From assembly GCA_000708835.1 (NCBI GenBank), contig DF237483.1:1-61838 (forward strand): DNA of 61,838 nt, given 5' to 3'. Below the pieces are notes generated by a model that saw nothing but the letters and a program-made list of their open reading frames with translations, ran no database searches and was not told the origin of the DNA. The position numbers were made by a program, and so were the translations under genes. The stretch is from Klebsormidium nitens (lineage: Eukaryota; Plantae; Klebsormidiophyceae). This document shows positions 36,320 to 49,012 of this stretch, piece after piece. The number at the start of each line of letters is the position of its first letter. Position 1 is the stretch's first letter.

Positions 36320-37533
36320 CATCCTGCGCCAGAAAGGGGCACTGGTGGGTCTTCCTCCGCCTTTCATGTGGAATCCAGGAGTATGTAGAGCGGGGAATTT
36401 CGGAGAAAGGGGTTTACTTATGAACGGCCAAATCAAGGTCGACCTGGGTATCGTGCTGGCTTGCAACGTTTGGGCCCTTACCTGGCTAGATATAGACACG
36501 TCTTCCTGGTTGGCTGCCATTTTCAAACGTTTGTTTAACCACCATTCGTGTAGGTACAGATCGCAAACCTTGTAATCCAGCCTTGAAACCTCAGGTAGCG
36601 TCAACAGCGTCCGTCATTGGATTCCCTTTCGGGCACATGAACTAGAGAACGATCCAAGACTACCAGCCCAAGGGGCTGCGATATAGACCCCTATGATCAG
36701 CAGATCAGGACGCTGAAACATCATCGCCATGTGATCTGCTGTCGCACTTCCATTGTTTGTCCGATCACAAGCTCATTACCATGCATGATTGCAAGAGTCC
36801 CTGTGTAGTTCCTCAAAACGTAGCATGACAGGCTGCAAAGGAGTAAGCGATTCGAAACGAGCGAGTTCACTCAGGGCCACGCTTTTAACATCCATGCTGC
36901 ACACTGGCCGAGATATGGGGTTGCGGATGCATCCAACTGTTACTGGCATATTCGCTAAGGTTACGAAGCTAGAGAGTTGAGTCCCGGTTGTCGCTGGAGC
37001 TTGCAGTGACTTACTGTGGGCGGGCCCTCAGTCGGTACACGCTCATGCGGCTCACATCAATGTAGAGACTATATGGTTCAAGGTTTGATCAAGGCACTAG
37101 CAGCATCAAGTTCAGCCAAGAGAGCATATACAATGAAGATCATACTCGACAGTATGACGAATTGAATCCTGGCAAACTGTGTAAGATAGGATTGTATAAG
37201 TTATTGAGTCGTCTCCTTACAACTTCACAAGTGTCTACATCAGCATTGTCTTCCCGCTACTTACAAAGCCTGCCAAACTCAAAAGGTACTTCTGCATAAC
37301 AGGAGGTATCGCTACACTTATTCCCTGAACTAGCTGCCTAACAAACACTTCTGACAAAGTCGGCTTTTATCAAAGATACTAAAAGCACGTTATGGGCCAA
37401 ACGCAGACTTCTTACAACACCCAACAGAGCATCAGTACTACTACAATCATAATACTAGCCTCCTCAGAATCTTGATTAGCGTCGTTTAGGATTAGGTTCT
37501 TTCTTTCCTAGCAGTGTCCTGTCTATCTTGACA

Positions 37534-38481
37534 TCAGGCCGCCTTGACTTTCGCAGACTCCGCCTGAATTTTCTTTGGCATGTTGAACAAGAGGCTCCCA
37601 AGCACCCAGTCAAACGCACGGTCGCTTAGCGCCGACCGCAGCCACAAAAACACCTTGCCCGAGAAGGGCGCCACATAGCGCGACCTCGGACGCTTCACGG
37701 TGACCGCCGTCCAAATCGCGTCCGAGATAACTTTGGGCTCTGCTGCATGGGGCCCCAACTTGGAGTGCACCTCCGCCGCCCTCTCGGCTATCTCCCGGTA
37801 AGGCCCCGTTCCCGAGGTCTTCATCATGTTGTCCACCATAATGGGAGCCCACTCCGTCTTGATCCCCCCTGGCTGAACCACAACCACGTCAATCCCGAAG
37901 GGACGCAGCTCGTTGCGGAGGCAATCAGAGAAGCCCTCCAGCGCAAACTTGGAAGCCTGATACCAGGCCCCCAGAGGTGACCACACCCGGCCCCCGATCG
38001 AAGAAACGTTGATGATGCGCCCCGACCCCTGCGCGCGCATCGTGGGGAGCGCCAGCTGGATCAGGTGCGCTAACCCAAAAAGGTTAACCTCCATCTGCGC
38101 CCGCGCGTCGCTCAGCGGCACCTCCTCGACCGCCCCGTACGCGCCGTAACCCGCGTTGTTAACCAGCACGTCGATGCGCCCGCTGGCCGCCAGGACCTCC
38201 CCCACGAACGCCTCGATGCTTTCGGGCTGGGTCAGGTCCAGGTGGTGTAAATGCGCCCCTTGCGCCCCCAGCTCGCGCATTGCGTCGACCCGCCGCGCGC
38301 CAGCGTGGACCTCGTACCCCCCCTTGAGCAGCCGCAGGACCGTCGCCAAGCCAATGCCGCTGGAGGCCCCTGTCACGATCGCCGTCTTCTTGCCGGAGGG
38401 GGGAACGCCATTGGCGGCTGCCTTCAGAACAGGCGTGGTGTCTTCGTTGGTCTGAGCTGCAGATGTCTTTGCTGTGGCCAT
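37534..38481 (-). CDS. Intronless classical short-chain dehydrogenase/reductase, probably NADP(H)-dependent, 315 aa
   Basis: Single ORF from ATG 38481 with TGASSGIG, ARR, DVLVNNAG, SS and YQASK motifs. Confidence 0.95.
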   Translation of the reverse strand: MATAKTSAAQTNEDTTPVLKAAANGVPPSGKKTAIVTGASSGIGLATVLRLLKGGYEVHAGARRVDAMRELGAQGAHLHHLDLTQPESIEAFVGEVLAASGRIDVLVNNAGYGAYGAVEEVPLSDARAQMEVNLFGLAHLIQLALPTMRAQGSGRIINVSSIGGRVWSPLGAWYQASKFALEGFSDCLRNELRPFGIDVVVVQPGGIKTEWAPIMVDNMMKTSGTGPYREIAERAAEVHSKLGPHAAEPKVISDAIWTAVTVKRPRSRYVAPFSGKVFLWLRSALSDRAFDWVLGSLLFNMPKKIQAESAKVKAA

Positions 38482-39244
38482 CTTGGTGGAACGTGACTGC
38501 AGCTGGAATTGAAAGGATCTTAGAGGATGCTGCAGAATAGAGACAGAGGAAACGTCTGCTTGTGTTGATCGAAAGACGGAAGCTCAAGCTGATGATCTGA
38601 AGGATTGAGGGGGGCTTTGGGAGCTGATAAAGAGACTCTGCAGCTGTGAATTTGCTGATCAGTAGGTTGGGACTGCCCGTGCTCATCCAGATATATACCA
38701 GTGCAATGGATCCTTGAAGATTCGCAATGTGGTGTCTCCTCATGCAACACTACCTTGAGCTGCTCTAGCTTCTGAGAACAATGCAGTGTTTCTCGCTTTT
38801 GTTAGAGGTGCGCCGGTGCTCAGACTTGAGCAGCACTTTGCATCTTCTATGAAAGTGACCTTTTGAAAGTACCCCCACCAGCTGCAAGAACCTCGAAGCA
38901 CCGCCATCATTATGTTCACGTTCGATGATGCGCAGCGAGCATTGTTCAACCATGTACAAGATGCATCTCCGTCGCCCGAGAATGCTCCTTGTGACGAAAC
39001 TTGAACGTCATCAACATGTCAGTTGCCGCCTTACTTAGCGTGAGGCGTCGATTACCACACACTCCGGCCATCCCAGCCGTCGATATCCGGATTTCAAGTT
39101 TCGCGGCAGGTAAACAAAGATCGAATCCCATCCGGCATGTACGGAAGCTTGTTGCGACAATTCCCGGCCAAGGAGTCGGCAAGGACAGAGTCGGCCGGGC
39201 ACACATGAACCGGAAAACCTATAACCTGGACTAGCGGACGCCTG

Positions 39245-39297
39245 CAGACCCGCCCTAAACCCCTCAAGATCCCAAAAAACCCTAACCCGTCCCCCGG
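39245..39297 (-). repeat. Dispersed G-rich repeat, copy 3 (degenerate)
   Basis: Reverse complement contains ccgggggacgggt, identical to 56446-56458, followed by tagggttttttggg..gtttagggcgggt. Confidence 0.5.
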
Positions 39298-41323
39298 TCA
39301 CGTTCGTTCACGAGCGTACTTACCCGGTTCGTGTATGCCGACCCAGCCAATCATTCAATGATCGCACCTAATTCAGTAAGTGACCCGGGCCGGCCGCCGA
39401 CACGACACGGCCGCCCGCGACTGAGCTAGTGTGCTAGCGCGTCCGGCGCGGCAGCACCCGCGGACTCCCTCAATCCGAGCGAGGGCCGGAGGTTTTGATG
39501 TTTGACTTGCCCTTCAACAGGTTAGTAGTATGTTTAGAAACTGGTCATGCAAACCCATTCAGTAAATACAAGTACCTATTGATGTCGGTGTTTTTGACGG
39601 TTTCGAAAGCGGCAGATTGCTCCCGCGAGGAGCCACAGGAAGATGCTCCATTGAAGGAGGCAGCAAGCACAGGCCAAAAATTTGTCGGGCCGCGAACAGA
39701 CATTTGCCGGTTCTCTTGCATATTGCCACGGGCTGTGGTAGACCGTCCAACAATGAAGTCAGGATTCAGCACACTGTACCCTGTCGGTACCCTGGTTGTA
39801 ACCCAGGGTTAGGAATACCCAACCCTTCAGTTCATTGTACCATTTTACTAATACTATAATTAGCAAGCGGGAGCTGCATTGTGCAGGATTAGAAAAGGTG
39901 GAGACAAAAATCTTGCAATGGCGCTTTCTTCGTGTCACTGTCATGGCCACACTGGTATTTTAGCTAAGACGAGGGATCAAAGGTGCAAAGAAGGTGCAGG
40001 ACATCTCGTAGCAGGACGGGAGTCACTCTTTTGGACGCTGCGCTCTGCTTTTAAGATTGACCAGCAACGGTAGGTCTTGAAAGAATGCTGTACATCAAAT
40101 CACCTCCAGTTGACTCTGTTTGATGATATGCTCGGTATTGAGACCTTCTAATTGGACTCGGTATAGGGTTTTCGCCGCGAACCTGGTCCATTATGGATTC
40201 AGGAAGAGGTTCTTGCGCGTGTTAGGAGGCCAATGCAAATGCATCGTGAGCGTGCTGTACCAAAACAACTTGCTCTAGCACTCAGAAGAAAAAAGCATTG
40301 AGGCTGAAACTTGTTTGCAACCTAAAAACTCAACGTGTTCCTCAAGATTGTGCTCCACCAAAACTGAAATCTGGTATACATTGTATCTTTGTTATGGTGC
40401 CACAGTATGTGCAGTCCAAGCCGCTGACCCCTTTCCTTCTCCCACAATGCAACAGCACCGATGTGTTGAGCCGCGACCGCCGTCGCTTCTGCAACGACAC
40501 AGTTCAGTGTAGTGCCACTGAGTGGCAGGTCACGGGAAGCTCTGACTTCCGAGCCTGGCAGAAATCAAATGCAGAACCTAGCACATGGGATCAGGATCAA
40601 CAAAGCGAGCCTGTGAAAGCACTAGAGCCAGTCCCCGCTTCTCATGAGGGAGCAACAGGGCAGGAATCGCGCCTGGAAGGGAGCTTCTGTCTGATGAATG
40701 AAGGCCCCGAGTCTTGTTCATTCAGGGTGAGGGGTTGATGCCTTTTCTGCCTTTCGGCCTTCTGCGACGGCCATGCCTGCTTTTACATCCAGTGGTGAGG
40801 AAAGCGCGTGCGCATTATTCTGACTTATGTGGAATCCAACAATTTGTGGGTGCGGCGCAAATAAGTGAAATTAGCCCTTGACTATCACAATTTCTCTACC
40901 ACCCATTCCTTCCGGTTCCGACCAAACTTTGACAGAGAAGAAAAGGGTTTCTGAAGCAGATGGTGTGCAAGTAACAACATAAAGCTGCGAGAAATACTCT
41001 CCCAAGCCCTACTGGGTACTTGAACCCGAATTCGCACAATCCAAACACACACCCTCTGACTTTCTGCACCTTGCAACACCCCATTGATACATTCGTTTCT
41101 TTCCTGCAATACCCTGACCGCGAAAGCAGCGACCTCTTCAAAAGTGCTGAATTGTACTCAACATGATATAAAGATAAACACTGAGTGTCCGGGAAGCTTC
41201 TATTTGCAGAAACAACAAAATCAACACAACGGTATCTGGGTCCCGCAATTTCATTGAGGAGCCCATGCCTTTGCCTTGGAGTCCACTAAAAAGCATTCTT
41301 GACATGACACAAACGGAAACTGC

Positions 41324-41575
41324 GAGCGTCCAAGAGAATTTTTGTCCGTAAAATTGATGTTACTAATGGAGCATTCCTTGGCCTCCCGCAGTTGGTGGCC
41401 CTGACTGAGGAGGACATCCTTGCTTCTTGGAGTCTTACTGACAAGCTTTCTTGTCAAGATACAAAAGAAATCTACGAGCGTCCAAGAGAATATCTGTCCG
41501 TAAAGTTGATGTTACTAATAGAGCATTCCTTGGCCTCCCGCAGTTGGTGGCCCTGACTGAGGAGGACATCCCTGC
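41324..41575 (+). repeat. About 100-bp duplication (period 152 bp) spanning the acceptor of the first identified GNAT exon
   Basis: 41324-41423 and 41476-41575 are near-identical, and both contain cctcccgcag|TTGGTGGCCCTGACTGAGGAGGACATC. Confidence 0.9.
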
Positions 41576-44215
41576 CATGGAGGCGTTGCTGAACACCGTG
41601 CACTTTGACCCCCCCGTCTGGGAAGACCTACTGCAGATGGACAGACGAGACCTCCTTGGAATCTGGGACTGCGATGGCCAAGTAAGGCATATTTGATCTA
41701 CTCTGGAGAAAGTTTTCTGTTCAGATTCGTCTCCTTTTGGAAAAAACATCCGACCTGATGAGTAGTGTGCAAGATAGGAAGGTCAGATCGTAAAATACAG
41801 GACGGCTGGATTTTGGGCAGAAAGGAGAGCGGGTCTCTAGCTTCTTTGAACGCTGTCAATCTCTCGTAAATATCGACAGCGTTGTATTCCACTTTGAACG
41901 GCGACGGAGACTTGGATGTTGCGCATTGTCATAAGCGTCATTCGAAGTCAAAAACATGTGTGCCACTTCAGCATTTCTTCTTGGCGTGCTGCAGACAATC
42001 TGAATAGCTAACATGAGGCGTCACTTCTGATCGGACTCTCCTCGCAGACATCCTCAGCCTTCCAAAGAAGGAGGAACATTGATGAGCTGGCGGTCAGTTT
42101 TTCGAAACTTTGAAAGAATGGAAAGATTCCTGTCTTAAAGATGCTCACGCCGTGAAATTGGTTATCAACAACTCGATGTGCGACGTTTCTGTTTCTGTCA
42201 AGGCTCATGCCAGACGCTTTCAGACATCCGGAGGGCCACAGCGAGACGAACGTCTCAAACTTGATGCAACAAGAAAACACCGCTGCCATCGAACCACAAG
42301 TCTTGACACACGCGATCTTCTTCTGTCAGGGCCAGGACTTCCTTGCCGGTTTAGTGTCAGCTGTGTACTACCCGAGACCCAAGCACGAGAGCGTCCGCCC
42401 TCCAGACGACCGCAACCCCTTCGGCTGGATTGGAAACGTGGTGGTTCATCCAAGGTACCAACACCGATTAGACTTTACTCGAAGAAGAGGGCTTGAGTTG
42501 TCCAGCTTCAAAAACCGCAAAGTGATGAAATTGTATGATCTTCTTTTGTATGCAACTCCGAGTTGGCACATGAAAGGCACCTACACTTTTCTTCTGCATT
42601 AGACGTCCATCTTAAAAGTGCACTGCGCCGAAGTCGAGGCTTTATACATGCTTCTCACCCACTTTCGGAGCCGTGTCCGTAATAGCAAGCAAATGCCGGT
42701 TCCCCGTCCTTGACCCTACGTTTGCCCCTCTTTACCAGGTACCGCAGCCGGGGTTTAGCCCGGGTTCTGCTTTCGGACGCCGTACACCACCTGCAGTCCG
42801 GACGGCGGTGCCGGGCGGTCCTTTTGGACGCGACGCCGATGGGCAAGCAAGTGTACGACAAGATGGGGTTCCAGGACGTGTGCCCGGTCCACCGCATGCA
42901 GATCGCGCCGGAGGATTTGCAGCGAGCACTGGAGAATCTAGAGAGTGGCGGAGTAGAAGCTGGCGGGGGGGCGACTTTAGAGGTTAGCAGTTTAGGGGGG
43001 GACAGAACGTGGAGTGAATCAGAAGCGGGGAGTGTTTCCGGGGCTGAGGATGGAGAGAGCAATGAACGGGGGAGCGGATTTAGAAGAAAGCGAAGGAGTG
43101 AAAACACGGGTTTTGGTTTGCTGGGTTCGATTCTGCGGGACATCACCGAGAGCGACCTGGACCAGGAGGTGACGCTCGCTGACGTCAGCAGCGCGGCAGC
43201 GGCCGTGCGGCGCATCGACGAGGAGGACACGTGGAACGCCGTGGTGGCCTGCGACGGGCAGGTGTTCGGCGCGGACCGGGCCCTGTTGCTGCGGCGGTGG
43301 CAGCGGCGGAGCCCGGAGTGCGCAGTGTGGCTGCCGAACACGGGCCCGAACAGGGCCTCGGAAGTTGACGGCGAGAAAGACCGGGCAGAGAGCAGTTCTC
43401 TGGGAGGCCCTGTAAAAGGGTTCGCTTTCGCGCACTCCAGGCGAGAGTGCCACTACTTGGGGCCCGTCGTGGCGGGGGACGGGGCCTCGGCGGGGGCCCT
43501 GCTGCTGACGCAACTGAAACAGGTGTGCCCTTCGCATCTTCTGTGTCTGCCTTTGGGCTTTGTCATAGCCGTTTTGCCATTCTCATTTTATCTGCTGATA
43601 CTTCGAGTCGCAGCTTTTGCGCGAGCTACTTATCTCGTTCCCGGAATTTCACCCAGTCTGCCGGGTCGACTTTGTTTGGAGCGCTGAGTGCGAGCGAATT
43701 GATCTGGCTTTGACATTGGAGAGTTTGCTGTAGTCGGTCGTTTGTCTGTAAGTCGCCAGTCAATGCTCTGTTTTCTCACCAGCAAGCTCGAACCCTTTGA
43801 ATTTGTTTAAGCACTTGTCGGTGCTCAGCCGGGTCTCGATGCTCGCATAAGCTCTGATGGTGTGCTGAAGCTGTGGCAAGCGCAGTGAGGGAGTTCAAGA
43901 TGTTACGAGCTCCATTTCGACCATCTTCGTCGAAGAAGGCTCCGCGAAGCGAAACGAGTAATACCAAGACCTTAGAACAAGCCCGAGAAAAAGCAGCATT
44001 GCTTGCAAGCCCCCAAGATAGATTTACCAACAAGCGTTCTTCCGCAGATTGCCCGGCAGAACCGGTCCGGCGATCCTCGCCCGTGTGTCATCTACATTGT
44101 GGAGCCACCCGAAGGGCTGGAAGCGACCGGGCAAAGCACCCGGGGGGACTACCTGGCGTGGAGCCGGTTCCTGGAAGGCCTCGGGTTTCGGCGGGAGGAC
44201 ACGACCATACGTCAG
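41544..44215 (+). CDS. Two-domain GNAT N-acetyltransferase (YitH/Acetyltransf_18-like); both termini unresolved
   Basis: Exons 41544-41681, 42330-42454, 42739-43522 and 44048-44215 join in frame. Motif A WIGNVVVHPRYRSRGLAR; LDATPMGKQVYDKMGF; second-domain motifs DGQVFGADRALLL and YLGPVVA. Confidence 0.85.
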
Positions 44216-44539
44216 GTGACCTCATGTTCTCTCTTTTTCTCTTGAGCAAAGTTTGCGTTTACGGCTGAAGGGAGGAGGCTGCAAGATCTTCTTGATCGGA
44301 GAGGGTGTTCCGTACAAGGATCATGAGTTTGCGGGGGGCTGAGCCTGACACTGGGGTGGCTCCTTGTCGCCTAACCTGACTGCTTGAGGCTGAAACCTCT
44401 TGGAACAGGTGGTCCTATCTGTCATAGCACGTCGTAGGGACGGCTGTTATGGTCAGGTCCGCATTCAGAGTCCCAACCTGGTCGTTTGCCAATTGACCGC
44501 CACGACAACAGCGAAAATCAGGACTCCTGAGGCTGATGA

Positions 44540-44750
44540 AATAGCCCCTCTTGTTGTAAAGCCTTCGATAAGTTCTCCGACTCTCACAGCTCAACGCGCT
44601 GATTGTGTCGTCTGTTTCTGTCGGGCCTTAGGCGATAAAACTGCCCCTCTTGTTGAGAGGCTTCTGTCCCAAGCTTCAAGGTATCTCTCTTACACTGACG
44701 CGCTGATTGTGTTGCCTGTTTCTGTCAGGCTTTGGGCGATGCCCCTGACT
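44540..44750. repeat. Degenerate tandem repeat, period about 102-105 bp
   Basis: gcccctcttgttg recurs near 44544 and 44643; acgcgctgattgtg recurs near 44594 and 44698. Confidence 0.65.
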
Positions 44751-47158
44751 GCAACTCCCTCCAACACTACTTCGCGGTTGCCGCCCTCGACCTTGGCTGA
44801 CTCTCGACCTGCCGCCGCTTTTAGCGTGTTTACATTCATCCGTCCAATCACGAGCGCTAAGCGCAGGCGTACGCACGCGTTTGTGACAGGGACTGACCAT
44901 GACCATACGCTCTGCCATTCCTGCCAAAGAGAAAGAGCCCACTCTCCAAGAACTATGCTTTCAACCACTTGCCAAAACGATGTTTGTGGCCAACTTTTCG
45001 GACCAATCGGATTTCGGACGCTTGTGGTCAAACGTTCGCTCATGTTGTTCGCCCGCTTACTAAATGTCTAGGCCTAAGTCAGTAGCCGGCCAGTTCAGGC
45101 TGCGTAGAATCGGAGAGTTTGAGAATGACGAAAGTGCGGCAGCTCCATAACATTGAATCCACTACTAGAATGTTCGTCAACGTACCAGCAATCCGTCGTT
45201 CATCCAATCTTTCCAGCTTTGATGCGATTGGTTCACTCTGTGCAACAGGCATTACTCAGCTCGGTGATGTCGAGAAGTTCTTGAAATCTGGATCATGTGT
45301 GTGCTGGCATGCGGCCAGCCAGCGCAGCCGCCATTGTGAATGATTGACGTCCTTTCCATCCATGCATCATGACCTATGAGGCGCCGGATTGAAAGAGTAC
45401 AAACCCGGCTACTTTCGAGCCTGCGGGATTAAGTTGATGTATAGCAGATTTGACCGTCACTGCACATGGATCTATAACGCAATTATGGCCATTGCGGCGC
45501 CGCGCCTTTAACATCCGCTATATGCGAGTGTCTTCTCCATATTCAATCGTACGACGGTCTCGGCAACATCGGCATGGCATCCAGATTGCGGTCCCCATGT
45601 GGCAGTAAATGCAGCGATCTTAAACCCTGGCAAGCCGCCATGCACGTTCGGATCGAGTCGACAGATACCTACCACCAGAGTTGCAGGTGAGCCTGCTCAT
45701 ACCGCAACCTCTCCATTGGTTTTAATTCTGGTCCTCAAAGGCATCCTCATGAGCCTTTCAAGGCAGTTCGAGACCCAGCCGCCCACTTGAGCGGGGCTTA
45801 AGAATCGACGGTCACATCTGGCGGGAAGACCATGATTCGATTGCGACAAAATTCGAGTGTGGTACCTAGTAACAGGACGACTAGACATGTTTCGGGACGC
45901 TTGATTCGGCGTCCGGCTACGCTAGAATGTGACAAGGACCCGTTAGTAAACCTGGGCAGCATCAGGCATGGCACAGGATTCTCAGAGCAGTCCACGTTAC
46001 CGTAGCCCACTCGTCTCTTCAGAAGCTATAGAATACAAAATGGTTTTTCCGTACGTACCAAAGCGGCGCTCGTAATACTTGCAAAGGTCTAGAATGGCTA
46101 CCAGTTGTGACACTTCAAGTACCTACTGTACAAAACCTCCATTGGTACGTAACAACCCTTATCGTACTCAATTCTTCGACGGTAATCTTTCTGCCGAACT
46201 GCTGGTGCAGCGTCTACGAATATCAAATATTAGCTGTTCATTATACAAGTCAGTACTCACTTCTCGTGTTGCTTGCTGCTCGAAGTTTCGAGTGCCGCAG
46301 TCTCCTCAGTCTCGTTCTTCTTTACAAGGAGGACCGGGCAAGGAGCATGGTGGATCACATAGTCACTGTGAACAGACAGGAACAGTTGTCATCAGCATGT
46401 TGTGGCTTTTTGCCACAGGAAGGAAACGGATTTGTGCCACAGGAAGGAAAGGGATGGTACACAGATCTCCGCAACTTGACTCTCTTTTGGAACGAGGCTG
46501 TTGATTAACAACGAGATTGAGCAGATTATTCCAGAACTCGTGCTTGTACCTCTAACAACGAATGTAGCAACGATTCTTGGAGATTGGCCTGACGAGGTGC
46601 CCTAAAACGTGTTTCCATTGCTGAACACTGTGCTGGTAATTCGATCTGGCAGAATGAAAGATCACTTTGATGAGCAACTCCGTCAACAGAAGTATGTGCC
46701 AGTGGAATGTTACAGTCTCAAGAACTCGTTACTTACTATAAAATGCAGGCAAGCGGGGAGTCTAAGCCATGCACGTTATCATTACTTTGCAGGAATGCAC
46801 ATTGAAACCAAAGTTTGCTTAGGGAGAGTGAAATGCACCAATACTTGGAATGGCAATATCTCAGCAAATTTAATGAATGGCTTCAAAGATCTACGGCTTT
46901 GCTCTCAGAGCAGGTTCCGGCAAACCAGAGCTGGAAGCTGCTCCGCCCCCCTGTTCAAACGAAGAATTTAGTTTGACAACAGTACAGAGACAAGTGCTCT
47001 AACTGCTGGATAAAACTCCATGAATGGGGCATGCGGTCCGCCCTGCGGTTAAACCCGTGAGCAGGAACCCCTTATGGAAACCACTGACAGTTTCTTGCAG
47101 GGACTGCAAATGTCAACAAAGGCTCCATCCGACTGCAATTCTTTTCAGAATCGCTCAC

Positions 47159-47953
47159 CTGATGCTGCCAAGCAGCGCTCTCTGCACGATGCCCATCTCC
47201 CGACCCCCCAGGACCACCATGGTTGCCCCTAGTTCTTTGGCCGCAGAACAGATGGCCTCCTGTATGTGCCCCGACTCAATCACCTTGGTTTCGTACTCGA
47301 TGCCCTCTGCAGCGATCGGCTGCCCTGCCTTGTGCAAGACATCCTGAGGACAGCAAGTTTGATTCAGCTTTCAGGTATTGAAGTTCCCTAGAAACTTAAG
47401 CACGATTCAATTGGCAGGAGATTCCTAGATTGTAAGATGGGGACTCAGTGCAGATTTCTAAAGGGGGTTTTTCAATGCGAACATCCTGAAGGCAACAGCA
47501 ATGTAGCAGACTGACATACTTGGTCAAAAGTTTTGCCCATTGGATTGTTTGTACGTCACCACTCACCACTTGTTGCAACATTGGCAGCCACTCATGTTTG
47601 GAGCTTCCAATACTAGAGCACTGAACATCAGGGTTTGCTCACTCTCCCAATTGCCAGCATACGGCGCGTCGACCGACGCGGAAAGAAAACCAGCTTACCT
47701 CCCCAATCGACTTGTATGTATCCTCCACCATATGCAACTTCACATCTGGAGTGACGGTCTTTCCATCTGCAACTGCAGTCCCCGATCCGTCTGCCTTGAC
47801 AAAGTGATCGAACACAGATATCTGGGGGCGAAAATGGAGCAACACAACCGTATCCTCCTTTCTCAGAAGGTACTTGGCGGCCCAGCTGACTGTGTGATTG
47901 CACTCAGGAGACTCATTGACAGGCAGGATGATGGTCCGAGGTAGAGGAGCCAT
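47159..47953 (-). CDS. Universal stress protein (UspA-domain) family protein; last exon unresolved
   Basis: Exons 47953-47699 (RTIILPVNESPECNHTVSWA..DTVVLLH) and 47343-47159 (EAICSAAKELGATMVVLGGREMGIVQRALLGSI). A candidate final exon lies near 46950-46906 (GAEQLPALVCRNLL*). Confidence 0.85.
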
Positions 47954-48784
47954 ATCAGGAAACCAGTTGCAATGGGGGGCATCAACCTACACAGAGAACC
48001 AGACTTGACGCTCAAAAACCACGGCTGGGTGTTCAAGGAGCGCCTTTCATATCAGCCTAGCTCTCTCTCTTGCGCTCAATGTGGCTCAAAATGGATGCAT
48101 GCACAATTGGAACAGAACTTGAAGACAACGAAGGCGGAGTTCACGAACGCTTTTCGCAGCGTTCTTTGGCGTACCGGGCATTGACCGGGGACCCCTTCTC
48201 CTCACACAAGCGCCCTGAGGAACGGTGACCGGGGGAAGACTCCTGGGCTCGTGTTTTACCCTGCTTTCACCAAACCCTAAAAGAAGAACGGTCAGGGTAC
48301 ATACCGCCTCAGCAAAACGTGCGGACCTTCTACCGAATCGGTATGTACCGACGCAAACCATTCAGCAAATTGGGGTGTGAAGAAGGACTCCACTTTTCAG
48401 GTGTGTTCTCGACTTTCACCGACAGTTCTGGCACATTAACTTCTCCTCGTGAGCTTCGCAAGGTAGGATCTGAGTGTCCACGAGGAATGCTGTGACAGAG
48501 AAGAAAACAGAGAGAGTTTTTGCTGATGTGCAACAACGAGATGGCACGCCACGATCTTCCTAGGAGAAACGTGTAGGGGTGAAGGAGCGCTGGCAATTCT
48601 ATATAGAAGACCAGCTTCTCAGTTCTGAGGCACAGCATTGCGCAGTCTGGCCAAGACTGGAGCTTAGGGCTCAGCATTGCTCACACCCCTCCGGGTTGAC
48701 ACTTGGACGGTGCAGTCTGAGGAACTTTTGCTATGCTGGGCTCTAGAACTGCAAGTTTGAACGCCTCGGACTGCCCCAGGCAAC

Positions 48785-48837
48785 AGACAGATGAGAGTGT
48801 TGATGAGACAAGACAGATGAGAGTGTTGATGAGCCAA
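48785..48837. repeat. 26-bp tandem duplication
   Basis: agacagatgagagtgttgatgag occurs twice in tandem. Confidence 0.85.
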
Positions 48838-49012
48838 GTCCTCATTGCACCTCATCCTGAAAGGTTCTGGTGGCAGCTTGATACTCCCCTCAGCTTACCT
48901 TCCGAGAACCTGCAAATCTGAATATAGCTTGTTGATTTCCTTCACCAAGCTTTCCCCAGGTTCTACTTCACAGAACCTTGCAGGGGTTCTGACACGAAGC
49001 AGCGCAACTAGA

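Noticed and set aside
36400-36604. Possible orphan exon (LDYKVCDLYLHEWWLNKRLK..SSQ|gtaagg) on the minus strand
   Set aside because: No partner exons or family could be identified.
41544-44215. GNAT as an ars-operon ArsN acetyltransferase
   Set aside because: Two-domain YitH-like architecture, about 29 kb from ACR3, and no operon logic in a eukaryote.
47060-47158. USP final exon via acceptors at about 47133 or 47104
   Set aside because: Introns would be only about 26 or 55 bp and the peptides lack the expected P-V-L-V ending.
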